DNA from: a bacterium
Lineage (GTDB): Bacteria > Bacillota_I > Bacilli_A > RFN20 > CAG-826
DNA: 64,000 bases
Assembly: GCA_963622135.1 (NCBI GenBank)
Contig: CAVFGR010000015.1
Coordinates: 1,064-65,063, forward strand
Reading direction: 5' to 3'
Below the pieces are notes generated by a model. The model saw nothing but the letters and a program-made list of their open reading frames with translations, was not told the origin of the DNA and searched no databases. Shown in pieces: positions 56,319 through 64,000 of this stretch. Position 1 is the stretch's first letter. Each line of letters begins with the position of its first letter. Position numbers and translations under genes: made by a program.

Positions 56319-57431
56319 ATGTGGTGGATATATCCGGTTTATCTAGTCTTGGTCGCAGCGGTGGTTTATGTTTCCATCAAGCTTGGCGATATGGTCGATT
56401 TATTGGACAAGAAAACCAAAATCAGCGGCGCTTTTATTGGCGGCGTTCTTTTGGCGGCCGTTACCTCCTTGCCAGAATTATTCACCGCCATCTCGTCTGT
56501 CCTTATCGTTGAAGATCCTAGCTTGGCCATCGGTGATATCTTGGGCTCCGATATTTTCAATTTGATGATTTTAGGCGTATATACCTTGATGTTTTTCAAA
56601 AACTTCAGGCATTGCAAAATCAACAAGTTCCATATTTACTCATTGCTCGTTTTGATTTTCTTCTACGCTTGCACGGCCTATGCGGTGTTCGCCCCTGCTT
56701 CTTGGCAACCGATGTTGGGTGATATCAATGCTTTCAGCATTATCATCTTCATCGTTTATGTTCTTACTATCATCTTCCAGCCAAAATCCGAGGAAAAAGA
56801 AGAGGAAGTCAGTGCTGTGCCTGAAAAGGAATCGAAGCTTTCTTTGAAAGTCATTATCATCTTGTTCATCGTCTTATCCATTGTCTTAATCGGCCTTTCC
56901 ATTGGCATCTCCTTAGTAACCGAAAAGATCATCGACCAGATTCCGGCCTTGGCGGGTTCTGTCGGCGGAGCGATCCTTCTTGGTGTTTGCACTTCTCTTC
57001 CTGAAGTCATCTCGACCTTCCATCTGTTCCGTTTGAAAAACTACGATGCCGGTTATGGCAACATGATTGGCTCTTGCACCTTCAATTTCTCCATTTTGGC
57101 CATTGCCGACTTCATTTCATGGGAAGGCTTATATAAGGCCGATGAACAGGAAACAATCCGTAAGTGGATTTCCGAGCGTGGCATTTTCTGCAATGACGCC
57201 AGCGCCCAATGGATGATTATTTTTGGCGCGATCGTTATCCTTGCCGTTTTGGTCACGACCTGCCTTAAATGCTTCACTAAATTCTTCGAGGGCAAGGCAA
57301 GAGGACTTGTCGCCGCTATCTTCTTGGCGCTTATCGTCCTCGGTGGCTATGTTTGTTCGTTGGTATTAAAAATCGATCTGATCAATGGTACAGTTCCGGC
57401 CACGACTAGCCTAATAGCTATTCTAAATTGA
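56319..57431 (+). CDS. CaCA-family cation (Ca2+/Na+)-type antiporter (YrbG-like)
   Basis: Two alpha-repeats with GxxxxAAVTSLPEL and GVCTSLPEV. AAGGAGG RBS. Confidence 0.8.
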   Translation: MWWIYPVYLVLVAAVVYVSIKLGDMVDLLDKKTKISGAFIGGVLLAAVTSLPELFTAISSVLIVEDPSLAIGDILGSDIFNLMILGVYTLMFFKNFRHCKINKFHIYSLLVLIFFYACTAYAVFAPASWQPMLGDINAFSIIIFIVYVLTIIFQPKSEEKEEEVSAVPEKESKLSLKVIIILFIVLSIVLIGLSIGISLVTEKIIDQIPALAGSVGGAILLGVCTSLPEVISTFHLFRLKNYDAGYGNMIGSCTFNFSILAIADFISWEGLYKADEQETIRKWISERGIFCNDASAQWMIIFGAIVILAVLVTTCLKCFTKFFEGKARGLVAAIFLALIVLGGYVCSLVLKIDLINGTVPATTSLIAILN

Positions 57432-58185
57432 TGTCCAATTCGATTGGACAATGATCGGAGCCGTAGATTTCGTTGTGAATCTTCGCGTCTTCCACTTTAT
57501 CCATCAATCTTTGCGAGACTAAGAAATAGTCGATTCTCCAACCGATGTTTTTCATTCTCGATTGGAAACGATATGACCACCAACTATATTCCACTTTATC
57601 TGGATAAAGGGCTCTGTAAGTATCAATAAAGCCTTTGGACAAGAGGTTGGTGAAGGCGTCTCTTTCTTCTTTGGTATAACCTGGATTTCCTTCATTGGAG
57701 ACTGGGTTTTTTAAGTCAATCGGCTTATGGGCAACATTTAAGTCCCCTGTATAGATAATTGGCTTCTTTTTGTCTAAATCGGTTAGGTAGTCCACTAAAT
57801 CTTTTTCGTAGCCCATTCTGAAATCAAGACGTTTTAAGCCATCTCCCGCATTCGGGACATAGGCCGCCACAAAATAGAAGTTTTCGTATTCAAGGGTAAT
57901 AACCCTTCCTTCTTCGTCATATTTGCCGTCTTTAAGTCCATAATGAACAGAAAGTGGCTCTTTTTTGGCGAAGACGGTGACACCAGAATATCCTTTGCGG
58001 ACCTTCGAAACGGTCCAATAGGTGTTATAACCTTCTGGCTCAAAAGGAAAAGAAAGATGGAGATCCTCACTGAATTTAGATTCTTGGATGGCGAATATAT
58101 CGGCATCAAACGATAAGAAGTCCCTAGCGAAGTCTTTGCCTAAAATGGCTCTGATGCCATTAACGTTAAATGAGATGAGTTTCAT
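57418..58185 (-). CDS. xth: exodeoxyribonuclease III (Xth/ExoA)
   Basis: EEP-fold motifs FNVNG, QESK, GDLNVAH, SDHCPI. Confidence 0.88.
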   Translation of the reverse strand: MKLISFNVNGIRAILGKDFARDFLSFDADIFAIQESKFSEDLHLSFPFEPEGYNTYWTVSKVRKGYSGVTVFAKKEPLSVHYGLKDGKYDEEGRVITLEYENFYFVAAYVPNAGDGLKRLDFRMGYEKDLVDYLTDLDKKKPIIYTGDLNVAHKPIDLKNPVSNEGNPGYTKEERDAFTNLLSKGFIDTYRALYPDKVEYSWWSYRFQSRMKNIGWRIDYFLVSQRLMDKVEDAKIHNEIYGSDHCPIELDINLE

Positions 58186-58226
58186 GTGAATAAGGTAATC
58201 TAAAATAATTGCAAACTCAACAAGAT

Positions 58227-58248
58227 AAATAAAAGGCCCATACGGGCC
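58227..58248 (-). terminator. terminator of the minus-strand ABC operon
   Basis: GGCCC-gtat-GGGCC followed by a T-run on the minus strand. Confidence 0.55.
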
Positions 58249-58254
58249 AATTAT

Positions 58255-60102
58255 TTAAAGAGGTAAATCCTTCTTTTTGAATTTTACGGTGCCAATCACA
58301 TAGCCCGCTATTCCGATCACTAACAAAATGGCTAACTTCCAATAGATATTCACCGAATTTCTCGTGATATCCATGACGTCGAACAAAGTGATTATGGAGA
58401 AATAGTTGAAGACATTCAAAGCATCGAATCTGATGATGGAAGGAACGATTTCACTTCCAAACATGCCGACGATAGTGGCGACTAAGGCGAAAATGGTAAG
58501 CCCGCCTCCGATGGCCAAAGAGAATCTCGAACGATTGCAGAAACAACTGACGGCAAAGCAGAAACCACTTAAAGCGAATAAGACTAAGAAAGCCCCGAGG
58601 TTCATCAAGAAGATGCCGCCCAAAGTGACCGAGGTTGCAAGACCGTGCATGGTAAGGTAGCAAGTCACGGATGTGGCGGTGGTGCACAAGAACATTAAGA
58701 AGAGGCTTATCGTCATAAATAGCCCTTGTGTCAAAGTGACGGACTCTCTGCGTGTGCCGGTCGAAATGACATAAGCCATCGAACCGGAATCGACTGAGCC
58801 TGCGACCATATTGTTGATACCGAGAATCATATAAATCATCGGTAAGAGCAAGCCGGCGATTTTATAGAAAATGTATCCGACGATCAAACCATAAATATCC
58901 ATCTGACCGACTTCTTCGATTGCCCCGGAAACATCCTCAGGAAGCGAAGATAAGAAAGAACCGGCAAGTTTTTCGACCAAAGAATTCATCATCTCCTGGA
59001 CCTTTTCGGCGTAAACCTTATCATCCCAGCCTTCTTTGGCGGCCTGCGCATTCAGAAGTTCCAAACGGTAATTGTAATCAACCTCGTAAGAGAGGATTCT
59101 CTCATAACAATCGTTATAAACCTTATCGTAGGTATAGCCGAAACTCATGAATGTTTCTTCATCGATGCCATAATCTTCGACCATGTTTAAAAGGATTCTT
59201 AAGGATTCCTCGGCCGTTAAGGTACAGGCAGCCATCTTACAAGCCGCAACTCTTGAACGGGCGATTTGATATTCATTTCTTTCAGCGGAAGTTAGATAGG
59301 TGTCGATGGTGTTGTCGAAAATGTGGGTAATTAGGGAATCGACGTCGTAATCTGGCAAAAGCTCGATGCCGTTGTCTTCATACATTTTGATGACGTTATC
59401 CATCGGACAAACCGGACCGGTGCCGGCCTGAACGACCATAATCCAGTTATCATCCCATTGCTTATAACCCAAACTTTGGGCGTACTGATCATAGAAATTC
59501 GTGAGGGTCTCGTTGGAAGAGGCAACCGCCGTCTCTTTGGAGAACTTTTCTGCGGTTGGTCTGGAAGCCGTCCATTCATCGATGGAGCCTGTGCTTGGCT
59601 TAGATTGAATCCAATTGACGAAGGAAGTCGCGTAAGAGGTGCAAGAAGCAACACTTGAAGTTGGCTTGGAGGCCATCCAATTGTTATAGGCTTCTTGATA
59701 TTCTTCGACGGTGGCATAGCTGCTTTCGGTTGGCATATCTTCATACCATTCGTCGACCAAAGGCGTGAAATCTTTTACTTCCTTATAGCAGGTATCAAAA
59801 TCGGAAACGAAATAGGAATCGTATTTGGTCTCGGCGACCATGCCGACCGAATAGAAATTGAGAGACATCTTGCCGACATACCCATCCAATTCGGATTTCA
59901 TGACGCTGTCTCTGATGGAAGAAATCAAAACACCGATGGAATCACCGCCGGTGATGACCATTATCGAAGCGACCATGACGCATTCGAGAATCGTGATGAT
60001 GAGCCAGCTTAAACCGTTGGTCTTTAGGCATTGCTTGAATAAGGCTTTGCTCAATCTATGATCGTTGAACCATTGTTTAACTGCCATTTTATTTGCTTTC
60101 AT
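58255..60102 (-). CDS. ABC transporter permease with a large (about 330 aa) extracytoplasmic domain
   Basis: Start MKANKMAVK, with AAGGAGGG 5 nt upstream and a 14-nt overlap with the ATPase gene. The longest ORF begins at 60171. Confidence 0.7.
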   Translation of the reverse strand: MKANKMAVKQWFNDHRLSKALFKQCLKTNGLSWLIITILECVMVASIMVITGGDSIGVLISSIRDSVMKSELDGYVGKMSLNFYSVGMVAETKYDSYFVSDFDTCYKEVKDFTPLVDEWYEDMPTESSYATVEEYQEAYNNWMASKPTSSVASCTSYATSFVNWIQSKPSTGSIDEWTASRPTAEKFSKETAVASSNETLTNFYDQYAQSLGYKQWDDNWIMVVQAGTGPVCPMDNVIKMYEDNGIELLPDYDVDSLITHIFDNTIDTYLTSAERNEYQIARSRVAACKMAACTLTAEESLRILLNMVEDYGIDEETFMSFGYTYDKVYNDCYERILSYEVDYNYRLELLNAQAAKEGWDDKVYAEKVQEMMNSLVEKLAGSFLSSLPEDVSGAIEEVGQMDIYGLIVGYIFYKIAGLLLPMIYMILGINNMVAGSVDSGSMAYVISTGTRRESVTLTQGLFMTISLFLMFLCTTATSVTCYLTMHGLATSVTLGGIFLMNLGAFLVLFALSGFCFAVSCFCNRSRFSLAIGGGLTIFALVATIVGMFGSEIVPSIIRFDALNVFNYFSIITLFDVMDITRNSVNIYWKLAILLVIGIAGYVIGTVKFKKKDLPL

Positions 60103-61000
60103 GTTCGCCCTCCTTGAATTTACGATTGAAATAGTTTTGTAAGGTATCGTGGTTCTCCACGATGGAAACAATTGGATAATTCGATAGAACCTTCAAAAAT
60201 TCTGATGCGTTTTCTCTCTGAATTTTGAATTCCAACTTCGTTTTAGATGATGTTCTTTGAACTTTGAATGGCGATTTTTTCAAGATATCTTCCGCATCAT
60301 TCTCAGAGCTCATTTCGACATAGAAAGTTTGAATATCTGGGTCGGATATCTTGGATATCTCTACCAAATCGATGATCTTCCCCTTATCAATCAAGGCAAC
60401 CCTGTCGCAAGTGGCTTCGACCTCTTCATAAAGGTGGGTGGACATAAAGATGGTTTTGCCTTTCTTATGTTCTTCCTCGATGATGGAGAGGAATTCATCT
60501 CTCATCAAAGGGTCCAAGCCGGTGGTAGGCTCATCGAGGATGATGATTTCCGGATCATTCATCAAGGCTGCCACCAAAGCGGTTTTTTGTTTCATGCCTT
60601 TCGACATACGCTTGAGGGAGGCGTTCGGATCTAAAGCCAGCTTTTGAATGAGATAGTTGGCCTTGGAAAAGTCTTTCAAGCCGTACAATTCGGCCTGCAA
60701 TTTTAAGAAAGTTATGCCGTTCTTTAAATCAGGGAAGGCTATTTCCCCTGGGACGTAGCCGATTAACTTCGCAATCTCGGATTCGTGCTCATGACATTCC
60801 AAACCATTGATGGTGATGGAACCGGAAGTCGGCTTTAAAAAACCCATTATGTGACGGATGGTCGTTGTTTTGCCCGCTCCATTTGAACCGACAAAGCCGA
60901 TCATCTCGCCTTTTTTGATTTCGAAGTTCATATCGAAAATGCCGCGACCTAAGCCGTAGTCTTTGGTTAAATTTGTGGCTTTGATAACTACGTCGCTCAT
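60089..61000 (-). CDS. ABC transporter ATP-binding protein
   Basis: GSNGAGKTTT, LSKGMKQK, ILDEPTTGLD. Confidence 0.85.
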   Translation of the reverse strand: MSDVVIKATNLTKDYGLGRGIFDMNFEIKKGEMIGFVGSNGAGKTTTIRHIMGFLKPTSGSITINGLECHEHESEIAKLIGYVPGEIAFPDLKNGITFLKLQAELYGLKDFSKANYLIQKLALDPNASLKRMSKGMKQKTALVAALMNDPEIIILDEPTTGLDPLMRDEFLSIIEEEHKKGKTIFMSTHLYEEVEATCDRVALIDKGKIIDLVEISKISDPDIQTFYVEMSSENDAEDILKKSPFKVQRTSSKTKLEFKIQRENASEFLKVLSNYPIVSIVENHDTLQNYFNRKFKEGEHESK

Positions 61001-61938
61001 TTGATGACCTCGAATTTCTTATTTGATGAATAAAATTTCATGAAGTAGTCTTCCAAGGACTCCTTCTTGTTGCTAAATGAGACGATCTCGTATTTGGATA
61101 AGTCTTTAACCAAATCGTTCACCTCTTTGTCTTCCATGCCAAAGAACAACGTGTTCTTTTTCTCGGTTGCAAAATAAACGAGATTAGGATGGTTTTCTCT
61201 AAAACTATTCATATCCGTTTCGTTTTCGAAGACGACCGTGTAAGACTGGTTGGAGGCGTTCTTTAAAGAATCGGTGGTGATTTCCGAGACTAACTTGCCG
61301 TCTTTGATGATTAACACTCTCGTGCAACAGGCATCGACTTCCGAGAAGATATGAGAAGAAAGCAAAATGGTTTTGCCCTTTTCCTGCTCCTTCTTGATGA
61401 GTTCGATGAATTTTTCCTGCATCTTATGGTCCAAGCCGGAAGTCGGTTCATCCAAAATGAGGATGTCAGGATCTTTCATAAAAGCCGAGATGATGGCTAA
61501 TTTGCGTTTGTTTCCCAATGACATGCGCTTGGTATCGACCTTCATCTCATTCGGACTCAACTCAAAATATTCAATCAATTCATTCTTCAATTGATCGTTA
61601 TGGTCATTGGAAAGAGATTGCTCGAAAGAAAGGAATTCATTTCCATTCAACCCAGATGGCAAAGCGATTTCCCCTGGGACATAGCCGATGTAACGCAGAG
61701 TCTGGCTATATTCTTTTCTTGCATCTAGCCCTTCGATTGTAATATCGCCTTTATCAGGGGTGGAGAATCCCATAATGTGGCGGATGGTTGTGGATTTTCC
61801 GGCTCCGTTAGGGCCTAAAAACCCAAGACATTCACCTCTATACAATTTGAAGTCGACATCAAAGATTCCACGTCCAGAGCCATAGTCTTTGGTGATGTGG
61901 TCAACGTTGATTAATGCGGTCTTCTCGAAATTTGGCAT
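60997..61938 (-). CDS. ABC transporter ATP-binding protein (second ATPase)
   Basis: GPNGAGKSTT, MSLGNKRK, ILDEPTSGLD. Confidence 0.85.
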   Translation of the reverse strand: MPNFEKTALINVDHITKDYGSGRGIFDVDFKLYRGECLGFLGPNGAGKSTTIRHIMGFSTPDKGDITIEGLDARKEYSQTLRYIGYVPGEIALPSGLNGNEFLSFEQSLSNDHNDQLKNELIEYFELSPNEMKVDTKRMSLGNKRKLAIISAFMKDPDILILDEPTSGLDHKMQEKFIELIKKEQEKGKTILLSSHIFSEVDACCTRVLIIKDGKLVSEITTDSLKNASNQSYTVVFENETDMNSFRENHPNLVYFATEKKNTLFFGMEDKEVNDLVKDLSKYEIVSFSNKKESLEDYFMKFYSSNKKFEVIK

Positions 61939-62017
61939 GGGGAAATAATAGACCTAATTCATTACATGAAAAGGAAGAAAACCCTCCTTTTTTAAAATAA
62001 CCGACTCCCTATTCATT

Positions 62018-62037
62018 TTGAAGAACAATTTCTTCAA
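62018..62037. promoter_or_regulatory. perfect palindrome TTGAAGAA-caat-TTCTTCAA in the divergent intergenic region
   Basis: 8-bp arms. Overlaps the -35 region of a TATAAT box (62053-62058) for the 62066 gene. Confidence 0.45.
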
Positions 62038-62065
62038 ATTAGAGATTTGATATATAATTGTTTTC

Positions 62066-62692
62066 ATGAGCAGATTCATCAACCAATTCAAATATCATGC
62101 GAAGCGGACCTTCGCCTTGATTTTCATTGTTTTAGCCATCGCTTTAGAGGTGGCCAATTTCATTCTTGGTATCTATGTTTACATCTCAACCCGAACCAGC
62201 TCCTTAAGCTTTATTTGGAACTTTGCCATCTTGATGGTTTGCTATGTTCGAATGCTTAAAGGCAATGTTGAGAATGATATGCGAGCCATGATGGGTGTTT
62301 TGACCTTTATTATTCTTTCTACCATCACTCTCGCCTTCGATAGCGTTTATTCGGTCATTATGATCGGGGCTTCTTCCGATACCGTTGAATTGATTATATA
62401 TATCGTTCTTTTCGCCATTATCGGTGGCGAAGCCGCTTTGGGCATCATCACCTCGATCAAACTTCGTAGACTCCTTTATGGATATGGGAGAACGAATATC
62501 AAGCAAGTCAAAATCCTCGCTGGGTTCTTCTTCGGCTTATTAATTGCTGGGCAGGCTTTATATATCGCTATGTGGATTGTGCTGGGATTAGCTTCATCCT
62601 CACTAATCTCCCTCTTTTTGATTTTCCTATCGCCTTTGGGCGAATTCTTCGCCGCCATCGCGGCTTGGATTACCCTTTCTCGAATTGAATAA
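62066..62692 (+). CDS. hypothetical polytopic membrane protein
   Basis: 208 aa with 5-6 TM. Confidence 0.5.
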   Translation: MSRFINQFKYHAKRTFALIFIVLAIALEVANFILGIYVYISTRTSSLSFIWNFAILMVCYVRMLKGNVENDMRAMMGVLTFIILSTITLAFDSVYSVIMIGASSDTVELIIYIVLFAIIGGEAALGIITSIKLRRLLYGYGRTNIKQVKILAGFFFGLLIAGQALYIAMWIVLGLASSSLISLFLIFLSPLGEFFAAIAAWITLSRIE

Positions 62693-62722
62693 GAAATAGA
62701 ATTGGGTTATATTATTTGCCGT

Positions 62723-62798
62723 GCCGACTTAGCTCAATTGGCAGAGCAACTGAATCGTAATCAGTAGGTTGGTGGTTCGATTCCGCTAGTCGGCACCA
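62723..62798 (+). tRNA. tRNA-Thr (anticodon CGU)
   Basis: Cloverleaf; loop AUCGUAA; encoded CCA; terminator AGGCTCA...TGAGCCT followed by T6 at 62812-62836. Confidence 0.8.
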
Positions 62799-62875
62799 TT
62801 AATAAAGTGAGAGGCTCAATGATGAGCCTTTTTTCTTTCGCCCGAAAAAAGGCAAGAAGGTCGGTTAATTTCTGC

Positions 62876-62904
62876 TTGCGTGCCGATAGGCTCGCTCATA
62901 TAAT
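62876..62904 (+). promoter_or_regulatory. sigma-A-like promoter for tRNA-Val
   Basis: TTGCGT, a 17-nt spacer, then TATAAT. Confidence 0.55.
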
Positions 62905-62937
62905 AATGAACGCGCTAAAAAGCGTGTCCAGCTAAGT

Positions 62938-63013
62938 GGGTGTTTAGCTCAGCTGGGAGAGCACCTGTTTGACGTACAGGAGGTCGTGAGTTCGATCCTC
63001 GCAGCACCCACCA
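62938..63013 (+). tRNA. tRNA-Val (anticodon GAC)
   Basis: Cloverleaf; loop UUGACGU; encoded CCA; terminator CCGAG...CTCGG followed by T7 at 63029-63055. Confidence 0.8.
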
Positions 63014-63090
63014 CTCTATTACACAAAGAACCGAGGTCAGCACTCGGTTTTTTTGTTTTTGCCAAAGATTGCGTATATAATCTTTTTACT

Positions 63091-63164
63091 GCGCGTGTAG
63101 TTCAATGGTAGAATTCCAGCTTCCCAAGCTGGCTACACGGGTTCGATTCCCGCCACGCGCTCCA
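63091..63164 (+). tRNA. tRNA-Gly (anticodon CCC)
   Basis: 74 nt; loop UUCCCAA; encoded CCA; TATAAT box at 63074; terminator CTTCGATA...TATCGAAG at 63176-63210. Confidence 0.8.
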
Positions 63165-63295
63165 ATTGAAAGCAAGACTTCGATAAATTTCTATCGAAGT
63201 TTTTATTTTTCGATGGCCTTTGCATGTAGAAAAACGCCATTCTAGTTAGCCACTTCGTTTCAACTCGCTATAATCAAAAAATGCAGGGGTCTTTT

Positions 63296-64000
63296 ATGAA
63301 AATCACCAAAGAGCTAAAAAATGGTATGGAATTCATCCGAATTTCCAATAATGACAACATGGAAGTCGTGCTTTCTCCACTAGGAGGGAGCGTTTATTTG
63401 GTAACCATCGATGGGAAATGCATGACATTAACGCCGAGCGATGTGTCCGTATGGTCCAAGGGCAATATGTATCATGGCAAGATCGTTGGCAGGGTTTGCA
63501 ATAGAATCAAGGGCAACGTCGTGGAGTCGGAAGGAAAACAATATAAGATCGAAAATAACGAAGGCGAAAACACCTTGCATGGCGGGGTTCACGGATTGTC
63601 TACTCAAAACTTCGATTATGAGATAGAAAGCCATGACGATTTCACTTTGGTGACATTCCATCATTTAAGCGAAGACGGTGAAAGTGGTTTTCCTGGCGAA
63701 TTGGACGTAAAGGCAATCTATAAGATTCATGAAGCAAGAAACCAAATCGATTTGACCTTGCTTGCCAAGTCCAATAAGAAGACTTTGTGTTCTTTAACGA
63801 ATCATTCTTATTTCGGCTTAGGAGAAGAAAACATAGATTCCTTATCTTTGTTAATTAAAGGAAACAAATACATCGTTCCCGATGAGAAGACCTTACTTGG
63901 TAAAGGAATCGATGTAGCCCCTGATTATCTAGATTTTTCTAAAGGCAGAGCCATCGGCAAAGATGTCAATTTACCAGTACTTATAAATTCGGCGGTTAAA
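63296..64000 (+). CDS. aldose 1-epimerase (galactose mutarotase), 3'-truncated by window edge
   Basis: Frame open to the end of the window. Motifs HGG..NHSYF. TATAAT box at 63268. An alternative start lies at 63281. Confidence 0.7.
   Translation, partial: MKITKELKNGMEFIRISNNDNMEVVLSPLGGSVYLVTIDGKCMTLTPSDVSVWSKGNMYHGKIVGRVCNRIKGNVVESEGKQYKIENNEGENTLHGGVHGLSTQNFDYEIESHDDFTLVTFHHLSEDGESGFPGELDVKAIYKIHEARNQIDLTLLAKSNKKTLCSLTNHSYFGLGEENIDSLSLLIKGNKYIVPDEKTLLGKGIDVAPDYLDFSKGRAIGKDVNLPVLINSAVK

Noticed and set aside
61939-61990. Start-stop mini-ORF (ATG-TAA) downstream of AAGGAGGG on the minus strand ahead of the first ABC ATPase
   Set aside because: The SD-to-ATG spacing of about 14 nt is too long. 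It is probably coincidental.

Overview
This 64 kb window is a chromosomal segment from a low-GC Gram-positive (Firmicutes-type) genome: the gene order and proteins are typical, and TGG encodes Trp (TGA is a stop). 

The first ~30 kb is a dense, syntenic housekeeping block. It runs from a DAK2/YloV-like gene that is truncated at the window's 5' edge through recG, plsX, rnc, ftsY, ylxM and ffh. An inverted rpsP–KH–rimM–trmD operon follows, then a GDPD gene, rplS, rbgA, rnhB, dprA, topA, trmFO, xerC, rpsB, tsf, pyrH, frr, cdsA, dxr, rseP and polC. The fapR/fabD/fabG/acpP/smc genes that usually sit between recG and ftsY in Firmicutes are absent. 

The remaining ~34 kb is accessory-like. It holds nine single tRNA genes, all with C34 or G34 anticodons and each with its own promoter and/or terminator. 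It also holds mgtC, a lone Sfp-type PPTase, a GH3 beta-glucosidase, hydrolases, a ROK kinase, and a feoA-feoA-feoB operon followed by a gene that fuses the FeoB-associated Cys-rich peptide to an HMA domain. 

The most unusual feature is a ~12 kb operon-like cluster at 41.7–53.9 kb. It encodes a large lipoprotein, an atypical ABC system (a polytopic membrane domain fused in frame to the ATPase, plus a permease), a small exported protein, and then a non-canonical partner-switching module. That module comprises a multi-TM sensor fused to a PP2C phosphatase and a GHKL (RsbW-like) kinase, a STAS domain fused to an APH/protein-kinase-like domain, a stand-alone STAS protein and a membrane-anchored coiled-coil protein. 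No sigma or anti-sigma factor gene is present. 

An 18-bp palindrome, AGTTAG-N6-CTAAC, occurs twice upstream of feoA and once upstream of a CaCA-family antiporter gene, which points to an uncharacterised metal/cation regulon. Other perfect palindromes lie upstream of the GH3 gene, in the divergent region of a minus-strand ABC operon, and upstream of plsX. No CRISPR array, IS element or prophage signal was seen.
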